This document shows, piece after piece, positions 47,340-58,887 of a DNA stretch of 64,000 nt. Where the stretch lies: contig CM120649.1 in NCBI GenBank assembly GCA_051362555.1, positions 12,276,001 through 12,340,000 on the forward strand. Direction: 5' to 3'. Numbering within the stretch: the first letter of the stretch is position 1; each line of letters begins with the position of its first letter. The DNA is from Lingula anatina (Eukaryota; Animalia; Brachiopoda). The position numbers were made by a program, and so were the translations under genes. The notes under the pieces were generated by a model. That model was given only the letters and a program-made list of their open reading frames with translations, had not been told where the DNA came from and did no database searches.

Positions 47340-48406
47340 ATAAATATTCTTTCTTAGGAACATCAGCATCGGGTAAATGAATACTGTAACAATGCATGCT
47401 GCTTCTATTTTAATAATAACACAACTTTGGAATTTTGCAATGTTCACGTGATTTTGTCATGATCAGTACACCCTGCGGTATTCACTTGATATTTCTGTGG
47501 ACAGTAAATTTGTCACAATTTAGTCGTGAACAGTAAACTTAACATATGTTCACTTGATGCCGTCGTGCACAGTGAAATTTGAGCCAAAGTCAGCCTCATC
47601 TTTACAAAGCAAAAGCTATAATATAAATATGTCACTGAATGTGAGGAGTCTAAAATAACATTAACATTAAAAGTAACGTTAACAGATAGAGAAACATTTA
47701 GCACATATGAATGTGTACAGCCAGCTGCAATATGCATATCATCAGAGCTCATAAAACAAAGCTTACATATCTTAGTTTAAATAAATTCTATGAAGAAAGG
47801 AAGTGTTTTTTATAAATATCAGCAGAATGTCATCAACAAGGGTCATGATGAGAATTACTCCTGAAAATTACGTTGGATCTATAGCTTAATTGGCAAATTT
47901 GAGTAATATTTTGTCACATAACCAGCCAATAAAAACATCAAATTAATGCAATTTTAATATTTTTTCTAATTTCTTCAAAACTGACATAAAGGCACATGAG
48001 TCGTCCCCTGTTAGCTTACCAACCAATAAATAATAAATAACATAAAAATAGCACTAATGAATAGCATAATAATGGACTACCAATGTTGAACGAAAAAACA
48101 ATACCTTTACACAGAACCTCTCAAACCTTCTTCTCGACTTCAATATATATCTTCACCAAGTCCTCTTGCCAGCCATATGTACTAAAAATATTTACTACCT
48201 ATTACTAAAAGCTCCCCAGTCTCATTTCCTTAAAAGACACCAGGTCCGTTTTCATATTGCTCCAAGCATCTATTTTCATTGGACAGAGTAGTAATGAAGT
48301 GCTAAGAGGATCACTCTAGTATCACAGCTATGACAGGAAGACCAAGCCTGGAAATGACCTTTCAAAGTAGTGTTTGTGTTTGTACTAAGTGACCAGCTAT
48401 CAAGGA

Positions 48407-48880
48407 AACAGACAGGCAGACAGGCAGACTGACAGAAGGGCAGGAATGCAGACAGACAGGCAGACAGACACAAGGTAGACAGACAGACAGGCAGACAGGC
48501 AGAAGCGCAGAAGGGCAGGAATGCAGACAGACAGGCAGAAGGGCAGGGATGCAGACAGACAGACAGGCAGGCAGGCAGACAGGCAGAGATACAGACAGAC
48601 AGGCAGACAGACACAAGGTAGACAGACATACAGGCAGACAGGCAGAAGCGCAGGGATGCAGACAGACAGGCAGACAGACATCTAGTAGGCAGACATACAG
48701 GCAGACAGACATCAGGTAGGCAGACATACAGGCAGACAGGCAGAAGCGCAGGGATGCAGACAGACAGGCAGACAGACATCAGGTAGGCAGACATACAGGC
48801 AGACAGACAGGCAGGCAGAAGGGCAGGAATGCAGACAGACAGGCAGAGAGACATGCAGACATGCAGACAAACGGACAGAT
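48407..48880. repeat. compound (CAGA/CAGG)n microsatellite with higher-order units
   Basis: Direct reading; explains the Cys/Leu/Ser-rich minus-strand ORFs. Confidence 0.95.
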
Positions 48881-51800
48881 TTGGCTACCACAATAATTGG
48901 GAGTCTTGCCAAAGCAAACAATTTCCACAAAATGTGAAAAACCTGCCAGCAAATAATCACATAATACCTGGTCTATAATTATTATGAATTCATTTTTAAA
49001 GATATGATGTTTCCACGAGCATGTAACCTAGAGGAACTACTCCCATTGGTCCAATTACAAGCCTTCTCATTATTTCTAGCAATATCCCCATGCTACAATT
49101 TGATGAAATTGCTGGTTTCACGGTTTCCTTCATGCAGAATCTGATTTCGTTTTAACCATCACAGGATATCAGGTATTATGCTTATGAAAATGGAAAACTT
49201 TTCCTGGAGATCACATGACAGCAACTGCTGTCTTAATTCCCAGGAAAAAGAGCGCTTGTTTTACGTCAACAGCCAACAGCAATAAAAGACATCATGCAGA
49301 CTCCCCCACAGGAAAAAAATGACATCCACCCTATTTTGAGGACTTTCCAATTACTAGTAGACTTCAAGGCAAGATACTATAGTAAGTGAACAATCTGACC
49401 AAAATTTAACACTGGTCCATGTGCATCACAAGATTGACTACAGGTACCAGTAGCCTATCAAGGATTTTCTTTTTGTGCCAAATCAAATTTTACGAGAGAA
49501 AAAGGGGTTTTCCTCCTACTCAAAAATGTTTCCTCAACCTGATCCTGTGCCTGAACTGGAAGTTGTTTGTACCATTTAGCTAAGTAATGAGGTTCATAAT
49601 GTCACCCTGATATCTATATTTTATCTAAAGACTTCCATCTGTTTTCCTGACTTTACTTCTTGCTTAAGGGTGCTTAACACTAAAAAAGATTTCTCTATTA
49701 TTGAAAAAAGAATGTATGCAAGGCAGTAAATAAGGAGTTTTTGGCAAATGCTTACAGTTCCCTTAAGCCTACAAAAGCCCAGTACTAAGTACTTATAACA
49801 CAGAAACAACTGGTACCTTTAGAATGTATCTATATAATGATCTTCAGAATTGACAGCTGGATTGTGGAGATCAATCATATGAATGCAAGGCCTCACTGAA
49901 CCATTGCCCAGCCCATTAGCAGGAGAATCATCCAAAGGATGGAAATAACTTACCAATAGTAAATGGAGAACAAATAATTCTTTTTCACATAAAACTCCAT
50001 AGGATTTGAAAATATGTTAATTCAATGTTGTTGAGAAATAGATATTACCATTATTTTCTTCTTTTTTTCTTAGCAGGTTGGCTTAGAAAAAAAGGGTGGA
50101 AGCACAAAAGCAGCACAAACAACAATGGAGAAGATGGCCATAAGTCTTATCTTGCACTTATATTACGACACTTGTTCGCTTTGTACCCACTGAAAACTTC
50201 AAGTCAACAAAAATGAAATTTACATATAAAAGGCCACAATGGTTTAAAGACAAAATATTCATTTGATAAAAATGTCAGCCCAGCGGCAGCCAGGAATTCA
50301 TATGCCACAGCACGTGCTTCTAGGAGTTACCCAATGTAAGTCCTACTGAATGTAAATCAATATTTGTTTATGACTGTGAGAAATGGACGCCTGCGTTTCA
50401 AACACAAGCTCACCTTTCTACACTTTCTATTTTTGGGCAGTCATATATTTCATTTATAGACGGTGAAAATGGAAATAGTGCCCCCCCCCCAAAAAAAAAA
50501 AAAAAAAGTTTAGCCCAATGGCCTCTCAGGCCACAAGAGTTTCCAAATCTACAGCCCCAAGCTATACATGTGCAAAACGTAGACAGTATGTTTATCCCAA
50601 AATGTCCTCAAACTATATTTCATAACCAGTATAGAGGGATTCACCATTCTGTACAAAAGTGGGTGATAGTTATGGAGGAATCTTGTCAAAATTTGAAATG
50701 TATAACTTTTCATCCAATACCACGACTGCATAAATCTTGTCAAATACAATCTCTACATAAAAGCTCAATAAACCTGTGAAGCAAGCTAATTTTCACATTG
50801 CAACCACAAGTGTCTTAATTAAAGTCATAATAACTCTTCGTTTTGGCCAAAAATTGGATTTTCCTGGCGTAAAGGGCAATTTTCCCGCACTTACCAGTGG
50901 TCAACGACCCCATTCCTGCATTCAAAGTTAGTCCAGGGTTTTTTTCCTAAACGCTTGGTTTTTTGTTAAATTTTCTTAAGATATTTAAACTGACGGAGCA
51001 CTCTCTGACACGGCATAGTCGAGCGGGGTTTTCTGATGACCTACTTAAAACCGTGGGAAAAGTAGACAACAACAACAGTTTATTACAATAAAATAAGATT
51101 CATACGATAAATCATCTTATTGCTCAGTATGCATGTATATCTAAAACCTGTGCAGTTCTGGGCTTTTCGTTATCCAACACACTGTACAAAAACTCACAAC
51201 TTACGTCTGAGGATTGTGTAATGCGCCTGCTATGTCTTATCCCGCCACATGTTATTTTGGTCTCAAATGCAAGCGAGAATCCGTGTGATGCGCCAATATC
51301 CTTGGCAACGGATGCCTTGACGACCGGGAAGAAAGGCACCGAAAGCCCTATTGACAAGCACAGTTTTTAATTTTACTACAATAACAGCTGTTTAAGTGGT
51401 GAAATGCAATATAATATATTTCCATGTGTTGTTTAGAATGTATTTCTTGCGTAATTTTGAATCTCAGAGGAAGAGTTATTATTGCTTCAACTTTAATACA
51501 TATATGTATAAAAACATTTTTCCCTTGCCCTAGACTCAAACAAATATTAAAGGTAAAATTTTACTTTTTTTTACCATTTCCTTATTATTTACGTCTAACA
51601 ATAATAATACAACTGACTACTAGTGTGTCTCAGAGGTCACACAAGTACACAAATTGGATCAAAAATATACAATACACACAAAATTTGCCTTGCCTTAGCA
51701 CCCAACTTCATACTGACGGCCTATTAAGTCAACGTTAGTCATATGCTACATAAAGAGTCAGAGTAGACTCTGGTAAGTTCATCTATCTAGGTGACTAATC

Positions 51801-52001
51801 AATGTGTTAATTTATACCAATTATTTCTCTAGATATATAGTATAGTAAAATTTAATATAATGACGTGGTATTAATGTTGTTATTCAAATCAATGAAGAAA
51901 ACTTATTTTAAGCAAGTATAAGGTGAAGTATGAACTTCCCAAATGTGTAGCATATATATATGTATATATACTTTTTTTTGTTATTTTTGTTAGATGTATA
52001 T

Positions 52002-52296
52002 AACTACCAGACCTGGCACCAAATGATCCCGAATTCGCCAGTAGATCGGATCACACTACCCGTTTTCAAGGTGTGTGTCAGTACGCATTTCACAGTATCA
52101 TACCCCAGAACGCATTTTGAGATGAGATGCACTACTTTCCAATCCTGCTGAAAATCATCACTATCACATTGCATACTAGGCAAGAGCGGCTTCAGAATGA
52201 TACTTCGAAGCGCATATTGATGCACACCTCGAAATTGGGTAGTTTGGTCCGATATACCAGTGAATTCAAGATCATTTGGTGCCGAGTATGGTAGTT
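52002..52296. mobile_element. MITE with TIRs of about 58 bp
   Basis: aactaccagacctggcaccaaatgatc... / ...gatcatttggtgccgagtatggtagtt. Confidence 0.8.
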
Positions 52297-52995
52297 GTGT
52301 AGGACTGAGATTGTTTTTTTTTAGATTTTACTTATTTATTTATTTATTTATTTAATTGCATCCTTACTCTTAGAACTGCATCATAACTCCCCCTTGCAAA
52401 ATTATGATTTAGTTAGCATCAATAAGCCCTTGCAAATGTTACTAAAATGCACCAATTCTTCTCCAAACTGTTGCAAACTATCATTAGTTTTTTGTATGAC
52501 AAAAATATTTGCCACTTTCTTGCCTTGGTTTTTAGTTAGAGTTTTTAGTTAGTGTGTTTAAATGTATCTTCACCAGTGGGTAGTAACAATGCCATGTAGT
52601 GAAGGTGTGGAAAATTATAGTAATATTGTGGGAGAGGAACAATACAAGGACATAGCGACGTGTTAATGAATAAATCACAAGGAGATCTGTCTAGCTTATT
52701 TTTTCATAGATTATAGAAACACTCAATTGGATCCAAATCCAAAAGCTTTTATCTGCTTTATTCCATTTATTTCTTTAATCATGCAGTCACTGTGAGCTTT
52801 CATAGGCTTAATATTTATTAATCAGCAGATTTCTTAACCATTTTATGTTTAACTGTTGGTCTTTCTACTATTCTATGTCTGTGGATGCTTGTGGTCGCTC
52901 GTCAATGCTTTAAGACACAATCTTTCTCTTCGTTAGCATTTAGAAGGCCTACATATTAGGGCACTTTATGCTGCTTTCTAACTTAAAATACCTTT

Positions 52996-52999
<4 letters not shown>

Positions 53000-53033
<34 letters not shown>
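53000..53033. repeat. (TA)n microsatellite
   Basis: Direct reading. Confidence 0.95.
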
Positions 53034-53038
<5 letters not shown>

Positions 53039-53689
53039 GTTTCCAATCATATTATGCTTGTGGGCACTTGTGGACGTTAAAATTTGTGGTCAGACAGACC
53101 AAAATAAAGCACCATGCATTAATTACTAAAAGAAGGGTTAAGACTTGGTATTTAACCTTTGTGTAGAAGGATGCGATTCATCAAGTTAACTTATTCTACT
53201 GGTAGTCTATTTCATGCCTTACAGCAGTCAGTACATTTCACAATTTACTCGTTGTGTCTAGACTACTACAAACCATTATTTATAAACAACAGAAGGCAAT
53301 ATGGCAACTCTACAAATGCACCCATCGACATTAGTTATCAAGCAAACCCGTTTCCAGATGCTGAATATTCACAGCAGTTTCCGTATATTAAATCCCAAAA
53401 ACGTAATTCTTAGTAAAAACCATATAGTCGGACTATACTAATAAACATACAACTGTAAATATTACCGAAACAAAAACTTTAGCCCACCTGAGAAGATAAA
53501 ACTAGGTCAATTCCGTCATCATGGCAGCAACTAGTACTTGGCGTATTTTTTCGGCGTTCAAGATCGAAAAAATTCACGTCTCAAGTCCTTGCTTCCTCCA
53601 ATGCAAAATGTTGTTTTTAAGTAAATGTTAACTGGTCTTGTGAAACGGTCACTCTAAAGCTAATCAATGTCTTGAACTCTCGCACTATG

Positions 53690-53995
53690 TGGTCGACGTA
53701 TAGCCGTCATTGATATTATAATGTCATGAAACAGTCACGTGTTAGGTCTCACACGACCACAAACTATTTGGTCGGTCTTTCCTGCAAGGCTGTATAATGT
53801 GGAGGAATAAAATTCATCGAAAAACTGAGCAATTTAAAAACATCAAAATAATAGCGCATTATTGTCTTGTCAAATTCTAGAACAATTTTGTAAATTGTAG
53901 AATTAGGGATGCAGTATCAACGGATGATGTTGCGTAACGGTCTGGAACACCACAGTCACGTGCACGCTCCAAACGTTTCAGGTGCGCATGCGTGT
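53690..53995 (-). promoter_or_regulatory. candidate timeless promoter
   Basis: CpG-enriched. Two E-boxes in identical context ACAGTCACGTG (CACGTG at 53736 and 53957), TATA-like TATTATAA at 53714-53721, bZIP-type GTTGCGTAAC at 53929-53938, NRF1-type TGCGCATGCG at 53983-53992. Confidence 0.5.
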
Positions 53996-55627
53996 TACGA
54001 TCGTTCAGGTGCGACCCTCGAGGCTGGCCCAAATATTCTAAACCCGCGGGTGTGTTCCGGTGATTAAATTGATTCAGTGTTGATTACACTAGCAGTTGAT
54101 CACGACTTCCACCTTGGATCTAAAATCTCTCATGACTGTATCGTCTATTCATGTTGTAGGGCCTACATTAACCTCCATTAACCCTAGGTGTTTTTTTGAA
54201 AAAGATTCTCTTAGGTAGGGCCTATATCTTTAATTTATCTGAAGTCCTATTAAGTGTTAAATAGCACGAAATCACGAAATCGTCGGGCCCACAGCGACTT
54301 TCAGCTGCGAAGTAAAAGCGATGGTTACGGCGTCACTGGCGTGTCGTCGGCGTGTTGTAGCCTACATATGTAGGCCCTATCTATTTTCTTCTTAAAATGT
54401 GTAAAAGTAAGAATTATGTAAGTTGGATAGTGTAAGGCCTACTATTGATAAAACAACTTGAATTGGTGTACTCAAAGCAGAAAACAAAGGCTAGCTACAT
54501 TAGACTTTCAACGGGTCCCCCAATTCCCTTTCCCATGCATCCCTTTACGGTCCTGCCATTTTATAGGGCCTACCTTATCACTTGGACATAATAACGAATT
54601 ATTATGTCCAAGCTTATCAGCAGGGTAACCAATCAATCCCCTCAGAGCGTCTTAAAAATGGATAGTAGTTTAAAGTTGACTATATGGCTTGATTGTTGTT
54701 GAATTTTTATTTTTAATCATATTAGAAGGTATGGTGATAATTAAACAATTGAAATTAACTGAAGCAAAGTTGAATTTTGACTTAGTTTTTCTTTCATAAA
54801 AGTATACTTTGGCGTGTTAATATCAGTATTGAAGCAAAAGGGGCAATATTTTTCTATTTTGAAATAAACTTTTCTTCCATCAAAGCAATACCCCCCCCCC
54901 TCCAAATCTACTTCCTTGGTCTTTACTACACCATTTATGATTAATCATTTTCATTGAACGTTTTTTTTTTATCACTAGGCACGAGACTGTCTAGAGACCA
55001 TTTTATCATATTCCTTAAAATATATCACCATTTGTTTTCTTTCGGTAGTCTAGTGTGATAATACAAGAAGTTATAACTTCTTGGATATTATAAGGCTCGT
55101 GGTATGAGGTTTTTACTTGTGAGTCTATACTTCTTCTTAATCCTACATTTGTGACACTTCACACCGGAGCTATTTCCGACCCAGAGCTTAACATCATCAC
55201 AGATTTCCGGGATTTCTGTCCCAAATCTAATTTTCCTCGAGAAAAAAAAAGACGATTTTTATCTCGTCAGGAATCATCCTCGATCCGTCCCTACTCTTGG
55301 GTTGAATGTTTTGTATCATTTTTTTCTAACATGCCAGAAGGAAATATTGGCATCAGGTGTTTTTATTAAATTATTATCCTTGTATTTATTTATTCATTTA
55401 TTTATTTGAGGTTGTATTTTTTTTTGTATGAATTTAGAAATATTAGTAGTTTTATAGGAACATATTAGGCGTAAAAAATATGACTTTTAGACATGGTACA
55501 CCACAGTAGCTTTTAACTTGTAAGAATCATCAATCTATCAATCTATTAAGTTTTGACCTTTTGCATCCAACGCAAAGACTTCCGACTCTGGAACGCGATG
55601 TAGATCTTGTGCTGTTAAAATAATAAT

Positions 55628-55657
55628 AAAAAACATAACCTCCTTGGCGGAGGTAAT
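55628..55657 (+). mobile_element. isolated HINE-type terminal hairpin
   Basis: aaaaacataacctccttggcggaggtaat (acctcc / ggaggt stem). Confidence 0.5.
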
Positions 55658-56520
55658 GAGCCAATCCACGCTCGTATGTCACATTGATTGGTTTGAAAAC
55701 GATTGAATCAATCGCTTGGATGAAAAACACAAGTTTTTTTTCCGCACGTCTCACTGCTTTTCTTCTCAGCCATACAGGCAAATAGCCGTCGACCGTAGTG
55801 AGTTTAAAAATCAACTTCAGCGAAAACGAATGCGAATATGAATCTGCTTACCAAGGAGAATCCCCCAAGTTAAATGCAAGGTATATAGGAGACTAAAAAA
55901 TTCCAATTTATCAATATGTCTTTTTGTTTGTCACTTAAGGTCATTGAGGTGATTGAGTGGATTTTTACACATAGGCCTAATATGCGACTAAAGAGCGCGC
56001 TCTGTGATGGTGTGTAATCAATAGAAAATGATATTCTACGATTTCTAAAGAAAGAGGAAATATCTGCCGATAGTTTTTGCCTTTCACTTCCAGCACAATA
56101 TTCAATGAGAAAAGCACTCCTACTTATTTCATAAATTAAGAAATGAAAGTTTATTTGAAGGATTCTGTTTACCAAATTTGTCAATATAGAAAGGACGCAA
56201 TCCGTATCATGCTACATGTAGGACTCACGTTCTTTACAAACTGATTGATATGACCTGAAACTGTTCATAAGGAAAAATCAAGACTTAATCTCTTTGGTAC
56301 GCTTATATATTATGGTTTCATCCGTTTTTCATTGAAAGGAGTTTATCAGTTCCCCGTTAATTTAAACCCCCCAAGTCTTTTAAAGGATGTTTTCTCGACC
56401 TTTTCAAGATATTCATAGTCAGATTGTTGTATTTAATACGTCCAAACGATGTATTTCAGATGATGTCTTCTTAGTTTTTTTACCCATTTTCGCTTATTCT
56501 CATGTAAGAAATACATTACA

Positions 56521-56728
56521 CAGTGGCGGATTTAGAGGGGGGGGGGGGGGGGTCGGTTTTTTTAAAAACATATCACACCAATATTCCCCTCCTGAAATTA
56601 GCATTTTGACTAGCTTAATCATAGTTCTAAACTGTACCAAAGGGCACAACAAGGTGGCAATGGTCGGCTTCGCATCCGAGGCCTGTCGTTCCGGACCCTC
56701 CCTTCAAATAATCCTGGATCCGCCCCTG
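56521..56728. mobile_element. MITE with 6-bp TSD
   Basis: TIR cagtggcggatt / gatccgcccctg; ATTACA on both sides. Confidence 0.8.
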
Positions 56729-56766
56729 ATTACATGACTGATATTGATGATGATGACATGACTATA

Positions 56767-57039
56767 CAGTGGCGGGTTTGGGAAGGGGGGTCTTGACCCC
56801 CCCCCCCCACCCCCTTCGTTTTCTGAAAAAGATCACACCTCTTGAAATTAGAATTTGACTAGCTGAATCATAGTTCTATTTACACGTACCAAATGGCACC
56901 GTTCGCCCTCTAAAATACCTCCAGCGGGCCCCGAAACCCCACGACAGGGGAGAAGAGGGGGCCAGGTTTGGCTTCCCATCCGCGACCCGTTATTCCTAAA
57001 AACCGCCCCCCCCTTCAAATAGTCCTGGATCCACCCCTC
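56767..57039. mobile_element. second copy of the same MITE family
   Basis: cagtggcgggt start, shared internal tttgactagct.aatcatagttcta, end tcctggatccacccct. Confidence 0.7.
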
Positions 57040-57290
57040 CTTCATGAGATATAAGTAGAAACAAGATCAGTATTAGTGCATGGTGCAAATTTCTCAAAAA
57101 AAATTCATTTACAAATGTGTATACAATATCTCTGTATTTTACCAAAAGTATAGGCTTACATTTCTACGCTGAGGATATTTTTCTATGTATTTATTTAAAA
57201 TCGTTCTATCTCAGTTTTCCTGATGAATCATTCTTAGCGATTGTACCGACCAAATGTAGACTAAGGCTAAGACTTACGAAAAAAGTTATA

Positions 57291-57365
<75 letters not shown>

Positions 57366-57384
57366 TATTATTATTATTATTATT
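57291..57384. repeat. (AAT)n followed by (TAT)n microsatellite
   Basis: Direct reading. Confidence 0.95.
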
Positions 57385-58377
57385 TGACAGAAGAAGCATA
57401 AATACTAAATGTGTTCTAAATATGAAAATGAGCGGTACTACATTATATATATAGAAAAACAGATAACAGAGCCAGCGTCGAAGTTACATGTAAGAGCGCC
57501 ATCTAACGTGATTTTTATTAAAATTAACGTAGTATAGAGGCCCGTTTCGGTCGTTTTGTTTCCATTAACAAAACATACAGAATACGAGCACAAAGTAGCT
57601 TTCTTCAAAGTAGCCATTCAACCGACAGAATACACAAGAAAACGATAACATAAAAATATAACGTTGGATTTGTCCTGTCTTGGCTGTCTTGGACACCCAG
57701 TGTTTTTCTAGGAAGCTTTGCACTTTCGGTTTCAAACTGAAGCTGATACCGATTATTTTGACAGGGGTGCCTTTTTGTTTTCTGGTGATAGCAGTGTTTC
57801 CAATTCATGTGCAGGTATAACCATCTATAGAAGCATCTACATAAAATGTTTGGATATCTTCTACTTTTGTACCAGCTACATATGTACATGACATGTAGCT
57901 ATAGGACTTGTGCCACCCGACATTGATCTAAATATATAGGTTCCAGAGTTGAAGAGTAGAATGATTGCGACAAATACAAGTTAAAGGTTAACAGTTGAAA
58001 GAGAAACATTAAATATTTGTGACTACGGGGGTGGGGGTGGGGTTCTGTACAGGACTTTGGAGGGAGTAAGTATATAGTTTACTAGTACGCACTGTAGTAC
58101 ACTAGCTATTCCTGAGTGAAATTTAATTGAAGATTTATAGTTCACTATACTTGTATTTCAACTTAAAACAGGAGAACAAGGAAATAAGAGACTCGGGGGT
58201 ATAGACACCATCTTCAGAACGACCTAACTGGTACAATTTCAACAACAAGAAGTGCTCAGAATCACAAAAATTCTACGTACAGCTTTATAATTCCCTGAGT
58301 ATCTGTTCTTGAAGAAAAAGGACCTGGCACAGTATTTAATATATGTGTAGTTCAACCACATGTCATAAAGCCCTAAC

Positions 58378-58887
58378 ATGGAAAGAAATAAGGAGACCGA
58401 GATTGAGAAGCCTTCCAGTCCACTGAAAGATGAGCTCAACCCTCTAGCTGACACAAGGGATGAAAATAATGCTCCAAGCAACCCTCAGAAATGTGAAGTA
58501 AATGAAACTGTGGAGCCATCTACCTCTGGGAAACAAACTGATGAAACTTGTGAGGCAGAAGACGTAACAGATGGTGCCACTTACTTCTGTCACTTTTGTT
58601 CAAAACTGCCACCAGACAGAGCCACTGTCTTATGTGAAAGTTGCTGCTTTTTCTACTGCGAAAGCTGTGCTAAAGAGTTGCATCCCAACAGAGGGAAGTA
58701 TGCTGACCACTTGCTCCTCAATATCGAAAATAATCCGCCTGATAAATATGTCTGTTCGAGCCATAACCGGCGCCTGGAGTTAATATGTACACACTGCTGT
58801 CTGCACTGCTGTACCGAATGTGCCAATTTTGGTCGTCACAAATTTCACAATGTAATCAAATTACAAGATGCAGCTGTTGAAATGAAG
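58378..58887 (+). CDS. TRIM-like exon with start codon and two B-box zinc fingers
   Basis: CHFC...CESC...CESC...HP...H (B-box1) and CSSH...CTHC...CTEC...H..H (B-box2); in-frame TAA at 58366; donor AAG|gtatgt. Confidence 0.92.

Noticed and set aside
48276-48960. Four overlapping Cys/Leu/Ser-rich ORFs
   Set aside because: Translations of a stop-free CAGA/CAGG microsatellite.
54150-54575. Recurrent taggg-ccta motifs as a taxonomic or regulatory signal
   Set aside because: Short simple motif; insufficient to name the organism or a function.
57117-57401. Poly-Asn/poly-Tyr ORF
   Set aside because: Product of the AAT/TAT microsatellite.
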